Assembly (NCBI RefSeq): GCF_009914755.1
Contig: NC_060936.1
DNA from: the human T2T-CHM13v2.0 reference genome, Homo sapiens
Reading direction: 5' to 3' (one strand)
DNA length: 64,000 bases
A program made the position numbers and the translations under genes. The notes below the pieces were generated by a model that saw only the letters and a list, made by a program, of their open reading frames with translations, had not been told where the DNA came from and searched no databases. The stretch's first letter is position 1, and the number at the start of each line of letters is the position of its first letter. Of this stretch, positions 30,965 to 44,729 are shown piece after piece.

Positions 30965-31972
30965 ACATACAAACGTTTTTTTCTGTTTGTTTTTAAACCA
31001 CGCAAGTTATATCACACTCATTACTGAATAATCTGCTTTGAAAGGTAGTGTATTTACAGAAAGGATATTTTAAGATTATCCCAAACCTAGTATTAGGCTG
31101 AATCAAGTTAAGTTAAACATAACTCAACATGACAATAGTATGTCAAAGCATTGGCACCCAACTTGCTATCCAGGGAACTAAAATTCGAGACAGAGACCAG
31201 CTTGACACAACGAATCCACCTACAGATTCTTCATTTGTTGGTTTCCCACTAAAACAAGTAAACATTGCCATTTAAATATCTGGGAGCTAAAGCTGTTGAG
31301 CAAGTTTCTGAAGCTGGTGTGAACCAGCAGACACTAAATGGGCTTGTCTGATCTCTACAACAGAGCGTTCAGCCCAGTGATTTGAGCACATCCTTTCTGC
31401 TTCATTGGTCACCAATGAATTTTCTATTAAATTCAATTGAGTCCAGCACTCTTTTTAGCCCTTCTCTTTTGAGGGAAAGACCAATGTTGTTTAAAGGTCT
31501 CACTGAAAAGCAGAGTCCTTTGATTGAAACCTCAAAAAAGACTCTATCAAGAGCACACCTTTTAATACAGAGCTACACACTCACTTATTTTAAGCCCAGC
31601 AAGGGAAGCCTAATTGTCTGAAGGATTTTTTGTTGTTGTTGTTAGTTCATTTTGACGAAGTGCACATCGCCACTGAGGTGGTTAGAATCTGAGGAAAGGA
31701 CTCAACAAGCCCACTGATCCAATGTATAAATTTAATGTACTCTGTGCGTCTAGCTCTAACAGCCATCTGGGCAACCACATACCAATTTCTTGCAGTTTTT
31801 GGTTCTTAGGGCCTACTAACACAGAAAAAAGCCACAGTCTTATAAAAATGTCATAGTACAAAAGTCCTTGGGTTGTGAGGTAATTTCATAAGATGGTTAA
31901 TCTACTCGTGATAGTTTTTCAGTTTGATAAGGTAAGTGGGAGTAAATGCATCTGATTAATAGTAACAATTCA

Positions 31973-32282
<310 letters not shown>

Positions 32283-32459
32283 TTATTGATTCTTTACTTT
32301 TATAATCACAACTTTTAAAAATATATATTTAGAGATATGCCTGTAAATAATGGTTGCTTTCAGACGATACTGACCTGCACCATGCACTGTTTCTATCACA
32401 GGAAGTCAAATCCTGCAAATAACATTTCCCTAGTTTCCAGTGCTAACTAGCTTCATATC

Positions 32460-32817
32460 AGAATTCTCTAATGAGAGAAACTGGCAGGATACAGTAAATG
32501 GGATGAGAGAGAAGGCTTCTCTGTCCGCTTCAGGAAGCACCTTCAACAATAGTGGCTTCCTTCAAGATCCACCCATGCAACACAGCCTCCCTGCGAGGGT
32601 AGCTACCACCTCTGGTCCAGTGCCCAGTGCCCACTGGGCAGCTTTGGCTCCTGGGTTCTGGTAAGGCCACCTCCTCCGTTGGTTGCTCCAGCACTAAGGG
32701 TGGTGGTAGCTTCTGGCTACTGATAGTCTCCATCTTAACTAATCCCCAGTATTAAATCCCCTCCATAAAACTATCTGACATAAGATGTGCTTTCCTGATT
32801 GACCCTCGTGGACACAC
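32460..32817 (+). mobile_element. LTR33-like ERVL LTR relic
   Basis: ggctcctgggttctggtaa ... ctaagggtggtggtagcttc ... attaaatcccctc ... ttcctgattgaccct. Confidence 0.65.
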
Positions 32818-33019
32818 AGAGTATCTACAATTAGCTTAAAATCAGGTGCCAATTTACTGCCACATATGGTTCTCAGGTTTGTTTTCAATTCTTTCTGCCA
32901 ACAACTTGTAGGAAATCTCAAGTCATAAACAACATCAACATTATGGTTAACGTCTCAGATCAGCCCATAAACTCTGTCTGACTCCATAACACACCAGAAA
33001 TGAAATGTTTCTTTGAGCC

Positions 33020-33860
33020 TCACTCCTGATGCTCTTCTTTTCTCACCATTGCATTCACTCTTAGTGACCACATCCAAATTGTTTCATCACCAATTTCTCA
33101 CCAAGTCTACACCTCCAATCTAGACCTTTTTTTCTGAGATCCAGAACTAATATACCTTCATTATCCTATTAGATCTCTCCATCTGGATATCCTACATGCA
33201 ATACAAATATATTCTATCACCAAATGAACCTATTATATCATCCTGTCAAATTTATCCTTTAGTTATTTGCTATTCAAATCTTCCTAGTAACCAAAGTCTG
33301 AAACTTGACATAATCCTATGATCTCCCCTTTTCCTTCATATCCAATCGGCCACTAATTCGTATAAATCATAGATCCTTAAGATTTCTTACCTATCTTCCT
33401 TATTATCTATTCCTCCTGCCATTGCCTTAGTTTAGAAATGCATCTCTTCTTGTTTGGGCCACTTCAACAGCTTCCTAACTGACCTCCCTGACTTTGGTCT
33501 TTCTACCTTTCCATTCAACCCCACAATGCAACCAGAGTGATCTATCAAGTGGTAAATCTGATTATGCCATTCATGAAATTTGTATTTATTTAAGAGATCC
33601 CAGGAGCATTTAGAATAAAGGGCGAAATGGTAAATAGAAAACCTTTTTTATCTGGCTCACACCTAATTTTCTAGCCCTATCACTTCTCAATAGCTATACT
33701 TCCTGTTAGCCATATCAAACTTATTTCACCAAGTATGTCGCTAAATACTTACTCAACATCACTAATGACTATGGCATGAAATGCCCACACCCACCTTTTT
33801 AAACTAGTAGTAACTCCTCATTTTCCTAAAAGCAAGTTTAATAGTCACCTTCACAAAGAG
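33020..33860 (+). mobile_element. Diverged L2
   Basis: caacagcttcctaactgacctccctg ... aaccagagtgatct. Confidence 0.65.
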
Positions 33861-34780
33861 AATGTAGGGAAGTAAGGGGTTTGCATTATGGATCTAAAGT
33901 ATCTGCTGAAGTGCGTGCCAGCCCAGTGGCTTGTACCATGTCCTAGAAGTCCAGGTTGGCTTTCAACTCACCAACTTTGTCTTCCTCCACTCTCTGTGAC
34001 AGGTCTGCCTGTAACAATTCTCTACAGGTTCTTCTGTCTATAATTTATCCCCTCTACTTTACAATCTGGATCCATGTCATGGAAACAAAGAGCAGTAGAG
34101 TAAAACGGCTTGCTCCTTGGGTCCCTACATCCCCTTGCTCCAATTCATGCCCTTTTCTATTGGAACTTCAGTTCATTTCAGGTAAGCTAAACTGAGGACA
34201 CAAAATAAATTTATTTATTTATATATATAATAGGTATATATTATATATATATGAGACAGACATAGATTAATATGGACATAAATATAAAGTATATTAGATA
34301 GAATACATATATGAAGCCATCTAAGATATCTGTGGAACTAAGCCAGGTACTGTATCACGCAGTCTTATGTCTTTAATCTGCACTCAGCTTCAAAATTTGG
34401 TAGATTTTTGGCTTTTCCATTATTATATCCCCAATCCCAAGGACAGTATAGGTACATAGCACATAATTATTTACTAAACTAATAATTGAATGAATGTTCC
34501 TGCCAAAAAAATAAGCTGCTCTGACTGAGTCACAGGTAAGAAGTTGGAGGGGCTGATTTGTGGGGAAGGACCAAGGCAGAAGTAGGAAGTGAAGAAAGGT
34601 ATTTGGTGAGGACAGGAGAAGCAATGCTGTAGCCAGAAAGCCGACTGTAAGTTGTGATAATTGTTAACTTGGGGAATTTTGGCAAAAAATCTTAGTACTA
34701 CTTTATAACTTTGGATGACTTAAGAATGTAGGGACTTGAGAATAAGTTTTCATGTTTATCAGAGAAATAAAAATCACATA

Positions 34781-35086
<306 letters not shown>

Positions 35087-35394
35087 TCAAGTAAAATACA
35101 AATGGTGCCTTAAAATTCCTTTTAAGTTCCTTATCCTTTCCATGGAGTGCTCTCATTGCTGCTTGGCCAGTTTGCGATTTGGTATCTGACACAGATGGGA
35201 ACAACGTCGGGGAGAAGCTCTGACATGTCTAAGGACTGCTGGTCCAAGCTTCCACACTGGCGATGAACATGGATCACAGCTGTGCCACTGTCACACCTTG
35301 AAACATGACAACACAAAGCCACAGAGACCAGCCTCTGTGAGCTGACAGAAGAGTCTAAATCTTTTTCAAACATTCAAATGACTATCGTTCTCAC

Positions 35395-35492
35395 CAGTGA
35401 TGAGAAGCTTCTGTGCTCCTCAGGTGGAGTGGAATTTGCCAGCTGAAAGGGATGTGCTTGGGTGGTCTCTTGTGAGAGCACGCCAATGTGCT
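35395..35492 (-). other. Weak candidate internal exon (98 nt)
   Basis: Acceptor tttttcggttattcag|AGCAC and donor CACTG|gtgagaac, in a GC-elevated patch not recognised as a repeat. Confidence 0.25.
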
Positions 35493-37229
35493 CTGAATAA
35501 CCGAAAAATATTTTTGACAAAGGTCAAAAAAGCTTCAGACAGAAATACGAAACAAAGGCTTGTACTTTAAAAGCAAAACTTGGGAGGATGTTGATTTTGC
35601 ACCCAATCATATAGCATCTTATTGAAAATGTACTCTTATCAGCAAATGGAACTATCTGAGCCCCAGTTATAAAAAGGAAGCCTGGGCTGCTTATAAAGCC
35701 CATCAAACTCATATTAAAAAAATGTGTACACATGAAAGTCTTTTAAGGATTAAAGAAATTCTTATTTACTCAGGTCAATTACATGCTAATAGCCAAGGAA
35801 AGTTCTTCCCTTTAAATGCACTGTCATCTTGCAGAGCTGTGCTTCTCAAACTGGAGTGGTCAGTCATACTCCTGAGGATATATGGTGGTGTATGGGGTAA
35901 GAGAACGTCACAGGTGAAACAGGCCATAACTTTCTGGTATATTAGACATGGAAAACAAAATTAAATAAATTCACTGTAATGTATACATTTTATTTTAGAA
36001 TGAATTCAGCTATACTGTGGAACAGAATGCAAAATTCACAGGTATTTTAACATAAATACTAAAAGTTCCCAGGCATTTCACTTTCTAAGACTTCAGGTGA
36101 CCAAACCTTCAAGCCTTCCTTTGCCTACACCAACTTCCAAGCCAGCTCAAGTTCTTGGTCCATGAACCCTCTCCAGGGACTTGTAGTCCATCTAGCACTT
36201 TTTCTCTACTGGTTTTCCACTAGCTATCCAAGAAGCACTTTCTTGCTCTATTGTTTCATGTTTCAGATGGATCTTCCAAACTATTTAAAAGCTCGTTGAG
36301 AACAGGGTAGTGGTCTTTATATCCCTTTGACCATTACCTGTTTATTGATTAGATTAATTATTATCAGAGGTAGTTTTAATAAGAATATGAATATTGATAC
36401 TCCCAATGGAAAAGTATAAAATTAATATTGATAATTTTGAAAGAATTATGATGATTGCACTTAAGCATTCATCCTTAAACCTAAAATACTCTAAAATACT
36501 ATTTTCTTCCATGTTATTTCTTTTTAGTAGTTAAAATTCTTAAGTTGCACATGGATAAACTGTGAAGCTTATCCGTACTTCACTGAAGGCATTAATAGAA
36601 TTGTCGTGAAGGAGAATGAATGGCATTCAGCTACTGTTGGCTTTGTTTGGGGCTTGTTCACAGCAGCTGCACACTTATTCTGTTGCTCTCTAGGTACACC
36701 TTTCCTTCTGTTCTATTACTACTACACATTAGTGTCAACAAGGGAGCCCAGGTTCCATAAATCACTCACACTACCCTGTCTCTATGTTGGCTTATCTGAT
36801 CCAAATACACTTATACTTCATCAACATTAAGTTTCAACTGTTCACGTCATCCCGTTAAGAATGTATTTCTGCATTACTTCAAAGTCAAACTTCCAATCTT
36901 CTAGATTCAGGTCCTTTTATTGAAATGCGGGAAAACGAACGTCATCCATGCATTTAGGGAAATTTTCCCAGAATCCTTCCATATTACTGATAATCTGAGA
37001 CAAATGTCATGTGAGATGTGGTAAGAAAAGTCAGATGAGAAGTCTTTTAGAACCATTGTGCCAAGCTGAACCTTGAATAGCAGGGAAAAATATTTCAAAG
37101 GAGGATAAAATTTCCAAACATATATGAAATAGAAAAATGTACTATGCAGAATATAGCATAAATGTATTCACAGTCTATTCAAATGGATAGGTCTTCTTCA
37201 GAGTTATCAATACTTTATTTTTGGAGTAC

Positions 37230-37525
37230 TTTTTTTTTTTTTTTTGAGATGGAGTCTCACTCTGTTGCCTAGGCTGGAGTGCAGTGGCGTGATATCAGCT
37301 CATTGCAACCTCCGCCTCCCAGATTCAAGCAATTCTCCTGCCTCAGCCTCCCCAAGTAGCTGGGACTACAGGTGCGTGCCACCATGTCCAGCTAATTTTT
37401 GTACTTTTAGTAGAGACGGGGCTTCACTATGCTGGCCGGGCTGGTCTCAAACTCCTGACCTTGTGATCCACCCGCCTTGGCCTCCCAAAGTGCTCGGATT
37501 ACAGGCATCAGTTACCGTGCCTGGC
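37230..37525 (-). mobile_element. AluSg-like, in the L1MA tail
   Basis: Full antisense dimer. Confidence 0.95.
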
Positions 37526-37565
37526 TTTTTCTTTAATTGACAAAATTTGTAAAAATTTGTGGTGT

Positions 37566-37810
37566 ACACCGCATGTTCTCACTCATAGGTGGGAATTGAA
37601 TAATGAGAACACTTGGACACAGGAAGGGGAACATCACACACCAGGGCCTGTCGTGGGGTGGGGGGATGGGGGAGGGACAGCACTAGGAGATATACCTAAT
37701 GTAAATGACGAGTTAATGGGTGCAGCACACCAACACGGCACATGTATACATATGTAACAAACCTGCACGTTGTGCACATGTACCCTAGAACTTAAAGTAT
37801 AATAAAAAAA
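37566..37810 (+). mobile_element. L1PA5-like 3' fragment
   Basis: caccgcatgttctcactcataggtgggaattg ... gtaaatgacgagttaatggg ... poly(A); TSD aaaaatttgtggtgtaca / aaaaaattgtggtataca. Confidence 0.93.
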
Positions 37811-37843
37811 AATTGTGGTATACAACCTGATGTTTGATAAATA

Positions 37844-38163
37844 CAGTCAGCCCTCCATATTTGTGGGTTCTGCATTCATGGATTCAGCAATCTAGGATAG
37901 AAAATATTTGGGGAAAAAAATTCCAAAGTTCCAAAAAGCAAAACTTGCATTTGCCATGCACCAAGTACTAAGTTGAATCCATGTGAATGAAGTGATGTAC
38001 AGGCATTGTATTTGCTAGTATATGTTAATCTAGATATAATTTAAAGTATAAGGGAGGACGTGCAATACTATACCATTTTATATCAAGGACCTTGAGCATC
38101 CTTGAAATTTGGTATCTGCTGGGGTGCTGGAACCAATCCTTCAAGGATAACCAGGGATGACTA
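37844..38163 (-). mobile_element. MER2 (TcMar-Tigger) DNA transposon
   Basis: ta|cagtcagccctccatat ... ggaaccaatcc ... cagggatgacta; imperfect terminal inverted repeats and TA target. Confidence 0.88.
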
Positions 38164-38994
38164 CACACACTATGGAACAGCTAAATCAAGCTAATTAATA
38201 TGTGCATTACCTCACATGCTTATTTTTTTGTGATGAGAACACTTAAAATCTACTCTCTAAGCAATTTTCAAGCAAAAAAAATTCTCATTAACTATAATCA
38301 CAATAATATACAATAGAATTTCTTGAAATCAGAGTTATCAATTCTTTAAATAATGACATTTTCATCATAGGAAATAAATGTGTAAGGGGATTTAACGATA
38401 AAATATGTTTGAATTTAAGCAACTTTCACTTTTTAAAAACATACTTAAGAAAATGTATCTAAATGATGACAGCTGCCACTTTGACAAACTTTTAAATTCT
38501 GTATGTTAACAACTGTAGGATGTGACTACAGTATTAAACTATCTGTCATGAATTGGCACTGCTAAGTGCAGTGCTAGACAGGTTTTAGCAAAGTTAGCAA
38601 TACTAATTACTTAAACTAGGGCCTCCAGAGTCTCTGAAATCACTGTAGTAAGGATTGATGAACCGACCTGGCCCCAGAAAACTTCCAGAGATGCTTTGAA
38701 GTACTTTCAAGTATAAAATGAATGCAGTGTGTTAAGTAGTGGTTCACTGCTATTTTGCCAAGACAGACGGATATAAAGGGAATTTTTTTCAGGTTGCAAT
38801 TTCTTCAGAGATAATACAGCTAATCAAAAAAAAAAAAAAAAAAAAACAGAAATTCACCAAGTTAACACACCACTTCTGAATATTTTTAAAATGAGTCTTT
38901 GTGCAATGAGAGATATTTGAATCATGGCATTAAGAAGTGTGCCAATTACCAGTTTCAAAATAAAATGGATACTCTAAAGTTTGCGATCTCCTAA

Positions 38995-39470
<476 letters not shown>

Positions 39471-39486
39471 CTGCTCTGTTGACTTC

Positions 39487-39844
39487 TGATATGCTTTGGC
39501 TGTGTCCCCCTCAAATCTTATCTTGAATTGTAGCTCCCATAATCCCCATGTGTCATGGGAGGGACCCAGTAGGAAGTAATTGAATCATGGGGGCGGGTTT
39601 TCTCATGCTGTTCTTGTGATAGTAAGTCTCATGAGATCTCATGGTTTTATAAAGGGCAGTTTCCCTACACATGCTCTCTTGCCTGCTGCCATGTAAGACA
39701 TGCCTTTGCTCCTTCTTCACCTTCCACCATGACTGTGAGGCCTCTCCAGCCATGTGGAACTGTGAGTCCATTAAACCTCTTTCCTTTATAAATTACCCAG
39801 TCTCAGGTACGCCTTTATTGGCAGTGTGAGAATGGACTAATACA
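39487..39844 (+). mobile_element. THE1C-like solo LTR
   Basis: tgatatgctttggctgtgtcccc ... ggactaataca; TSD acttc/gcttc. Confidence 0.95.
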
Positions 39845-40059
39845 GCTTCCTTTTCATTTAAACATACCCAGCTCTTTCTCAACTGACGGATTTAGATTTG
39901 TGGATCCCTCTGTCTGGAGATATTTCGCTCCTTGGCTTTTGACGGAGCTGGCTTCTCAGCATGGTTCATGTCTCAGAGACGTCTTTGCTAAACAATTCAT
40001 CTAACTCATCCCCTCTCCCCAGTTCCCCTCTGTCTGTACTTCCTTTAAAAAACTGTTCA

Positions 40060-40735
40060 TGTGGTAAAATATGCAGAACACAAAAAGTACCACCTTAACC
40101 ATTTTTAAGTGGACTGTTTAGTCACATTAAGTACATTCATATTGCTGTGCAACCAATCTCCAGAACTTTTTCATCCTTCAAAACTGAAGGTCTATAGCCC
40201 TTTGACAATAAGTCAATTTTCTCTCCTCCCTCCACCCCCTGGCAACCACCATTCTGTCTGTCTCTATGATTTTGACTGCTTTAGGTACCCCACATAAATG
40301 GAATACTCTCAAAGACAGTATTTGTCTTTTAGTGACTAGCTTATCTGACTTAGCATCATTTCCTCAAGGCTTATTCATATAATAGCATGTGTCAGAATTT
40401 CCTTCCTTTTTAAAGCTGAGTAATATTCTGTTGTATGTACATAACACCTTTTGTTTATCCATTTATCCACCAATGGACACTTTGGTTGCCTCTACTTTTA
40501 GCTATTGTAAATTATGCTTTCATTAACATAAATGTACAAATAGCTCTTTGAAACCTTGCTTTCAATTCTTCTGGAGATATATACACAGAAGGGGGATTGC
40601 TGGATTGTATGGTAAATAATATGTTTAACTCTTTGAGGGACTGCTGTACTGTGTTAGACAGCAGCTATATCATTTTACATTCCCACCCACAGTGCATACG
40701 AGTTCCAATTTCTCCACATCTTTGCTGACACTTTT
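40060..40735 (-). mobile_element. L1MB-type 3' fragment
   Basis: ccaccttaaccatttttaagtg ... cattaagtacattcatattgctgtgcaacc ... cattttacattcccac. Confidence 0.85.
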
Positions 40736-41088
40736 TCTTTCTATATTTCCATTTTAGCATGTTTCTATCTACCTTTGCTCATGCATTCATTTTCTTATTT
40801 CTGGGGCAGTTTTGGAGACAAAATTGCCAAAGGAGATTGAGAAACCAATCTAAAAGATGGAACAGATTCTTTCTGAAATGGTTTTGATGTAGTCTGTAAT
40901 TAAAACAGGCAACAGAATCAAGGAAAATTTAATATCCTATTCATTGAGCACTGACTATTGAAAGTGCCAACACTGAAAAGGCTCTTGTTTGTTCCTTCTG
41001 TAGAAACCTTAGAACTTAGTAGGGCGTAGGGCCCAGCCAGCACAGAGATCTGCTCCCTCTTTCTTACTTGCTCCAGTGACTTTGGTCA

Positions 41089-41431
41089 TTTTTTGTTTGT
41101 TTGTTCTGTTTTGTTTTGTTTTGCTTTGAGACAGGGTATTACTCTGTGGGCCAGGATGGAGTGTGTCTTACTCTGTCACCCAGGATGGAGTGCACGATCA
41201 CAGCTCACTGCAACCTCAACCTCCCAGGCTCAAGAATCCTCCCACCTCAGCCTTCCGAGTAGGTGGGCCTATAGGCACGTGCCACCATGCCCAGCTAATT
41301 TTTGTATTTCTTATAGAGATGGGTTATTCCTGTGTTGGCCAGGCTGGTCTCAAACTCCTGGGCTCAAGCGAGCCTCCTGCTTTGGCCTCCCTTAGTGCTG
41401 AGACTACAGGCATGAGCCACTGCGCCTGGCC
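41089..41431 (-). mobile_element. AluJ with an internal duplication
   Basis: J-type motifs ctcctgggctcaagcg and gatcacagctcactgc. Confidence 0.9.
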
Positions 41432-41558
41432 TGGTCAGCTTTTAACCTTAGCTTTTTTATGAGAAAAATGGAGATAAGGGAATCCACTTATGGAGGTGGT
41501 GTGTATATGTGTGTGAGCATTAAATGACCATATCTAGGACATAGAACACACTAAATAA

Positions 41559-41877
41559 GGCTAGGTGCAGTGGTTCATGCCTGTAGTCCTAGCTTTTTGG
41601 GAGGCCAAGGCAGGTGGATCACTTGAGGCCAGTAGTTCAAAACTAGCCTGGCCAACATGACGAAACCCTGTCCCTACTTAAAATATAAAAATTAGCCGAG
41701 TATGATGGTGCACACACGCCTGTAATCCCAGCTACCTGAGAGGCTGAGGCATGAGAATTGCCTCGAGCCCAGGAGGTGGAGGTTGCAGTGAGCTGAGTTC
41801 ATACCACTCCATTCCAGCCTGGGCAACAGAGCAAGAGCGAGACTCTATCTCAAAAAAGAAAAGAAAAGAAAAGAAAG
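41559..41877 (+). mobile_element. AluS
   Basis: Full dimer with a (GAAAA)n tail. Confidence 0.93.
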
Positions 41878-42949
41878 AACTCAATAAGTGGTAGATATTA
41901 CCTCAAATTATACAACTGATTATCCTTTATATTGTTATACTACAGGATTTTTCCATGCAGTCTGGAAATTTACATACCATCTATCTACTGTCTTGTAGAG
42001 TATCTAGATTAAATTAAAATTTAAAAAAACTATATAAACTTGCTCAGCAGTCACGATTCTGTACTTTATCATCTGTACCCCCATCTCTGTCTTGTAGACC
42101 ATTGTATTCCCAGCCTAGCAAAAAAATTTGACCCAGAACAGACACGTAAATTATCGAATATCTCTATCAGTGATTATAAATATGCCTCCTAGTTATATAT
42201 GGGAATATTCCAGTGACTCCTAGAAAAAGAGTTAAGAATTTGAAAGGAGTTCTGAAATCTTTCTAAGAGGCAGTGCCAGATCATTAGCAGTTTGTAGAGA
42301 GGCAGTGAATTGGAGTGGCCTTTAGGTACCTAGGTTGAAAGAACAGCTTAATTCCTTTCCTCTATACTTAAAGTATCATTTTTATTGTTATTAAAAATTG
42401 CTAATGTCAACTGAATGAACACATTACCCAGTTCACGGCAGCCTAAGTTGCTGAGGTAAGAAATTATAATGATTAGTTATTGGAGGGAAAACCATTACAT
42501 GAATACAATGGAGAGTCACAGAGCAACAACTAGATAATTTCTGTCTAACTATTGGGTAATTAATGCAGTAAGAAAATAACATGTACATATTGGAAATGAA
42601 GAATTATAGATTATTTGCACTTACTTTCTTTCAGTGGCAATTAAATTAACTATCTTTGATTTCTCACCTGTTACCATGGTTATTTTCAGTGATCCAGGTC
42701 ATTAATGTCTTGAATATAATAGTTACCTTAAAATTACAGCTCTTTCAACTTTGTGAAAGATTCTAAAGGGACTGTGAAAGAGAAAGCTGCTGGCTCAGAG
42801 GAAGAGAGCTGCCTATTGAAGGCAATGGTTTAAGTATCTTGAAAGCAAAGAAGTCCCACATTGTGTTCCTTCTTGGTGTTGTCCAATAGTATCAGATTTA
42901 TTTTGAGGAGTATGAGATTTTGTGAGCTTAGGATAGCAATGAATGGGCA

Positions 42950-43005
42950 GGTGTTTTCACAATAGTGAATTCTAACTGGTGTTTTCACAATAGTGAATTC
43001 TAACT
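42950..43005. repeat. Perfect 28-bp tandem duplication
   Basis: ggtgttttcacaatagtgaattctaact, two copies. Confidence 0.97.
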
Positions 43006-44362
43006 ATGCTACTGACTAGCTACATGGGAAAGTGTTAATTTTTCCACCCAGTGATGGAAATAACGAGTTCTCTCTACTTGACTACTGAAAATTTTGGGAA
43101 TAGATTATATATTGATTATATAATGAGAAACAAATACAAAGCAATCCTCAAATGGCTCTTTCTAAAAAAAAAGTTGAATAACATATGGGGCTTCAGTGGA
43201 GTCACAACAGCGGGGTCCCACAGGTTCATGTCATGATCATTCCCGTGACCTTCCTCTCTAGAACAAATGACCCAACATTCAGGGCTGGCGGCGGCTAGAG
43301 GTGAGAGCCATGCTGTAAAAATCGAAACTCTACTTTGCTAATTCTGGTTTTTCTAGTTGACTTCTCTTTTCAAAAGTTATTTTACTCAGGCACTGATTGG
43401 TTTTTTTATCTAGTCAAATATTAACTTGTCTGGGCCTTGATATTATGTTCCTCAGATCTTCATCTTCTGTCCTCTTATTACATACCTTCTCCTTAAAGCT
43501 ATCATCAAGTATCTCCCTAACATTTGCAGACCCAGGACAAGAGAACAAATGGGTGCCTTCCCTCTCTGTGGCCAGTCCTTCTCAAACAGCTGCCCCTTGG
43601 CCATGCTTCAGCCTAGAATTGCACACTCCAGTGGTGAAATATGACCTCTGAAAGACAGACTATGGAATAAGTGTGCACGGGCCTCACTGGAAAGTTGGCA
43701 GGTACAAGGTCTTTGAACAAAGAATTATGAGGTATGAGATACCTGGAGCATGTCTAGAATGGGGCTCATGAATTTCTCACATGCCCAGGGGATGGGGGTG
43801 CAACCAGAAAGAGCCTTGTAATGCATGAGGTGCATGACAGGGGCTCCAGTTTCCCAGGTCATTACGTTGTATGGAGAATATGATATACTTAAGGTGCAGA
43901 CAGTAATAAATACCCTGCTGTAACTAAACCCCATTGGTCAAATCTTACCCGGCTCTATAAGCTGCCCTTATTGCCAGGACGCTGTGTCAATGTGCTGTGT
44001 CAAGACAGGAATGTGACACTGATTCACCAGGTCAGATCTGAGAGGTGTGTACCCTCTATGGAGCAACCCTTTACTCGAACAACTGGGGAGTCCAGAATCT
44101 GGAGTCTTCGTTTCCCGTAAAGAAACTATGGAAGGGCCTCTTCTCTACTCATATTTCCTCTGTAGAACTACACACTTTTTTCAAGAGTGAAGCAACAGGC
44201 CTAGAGCAACAGCTCTCACACTCCTCTTCAACCTCAGAGGAGTACAGAAAAGTTTGAAGCTAGGAGTTCAGATGTTTCTGGGAAAGAGAATGCAAAGTGA
44301 GGGCAGATGGAGGGGTCGACATTCCTTGCTTTAGAAAAATGATAATGCTTTGCATAGACTAA

Positions 44363-44726
<364 letters not shown>

Positions 44727-44729
44727 ACC

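Larger units (their letters stand above)
37217..38328 (-). mobile_element. L1MA-type 3' end hosting three younger insertions
   Basis: L1MA motifs aatcaagctaattaatatgtgcattacctcacat and gagaacacttaaaatctactct; TSD tcagagttatcaat(a/t)cttt at 37198-37216 and 38329-38347. Confidence 0.85.

Noticed and set aside
43283-43310. CTCF-like motif gcggctagaggtgagag
   Set aside because: Too many mismatches to call without ChIP data.
43505-43820. Possible hAT-type DNA transposon relic (similar hints near 35835-35960 and 51470-51765)
   Set aside because: Resemblance too weak to name a family from memory; needs a Dfam scan.
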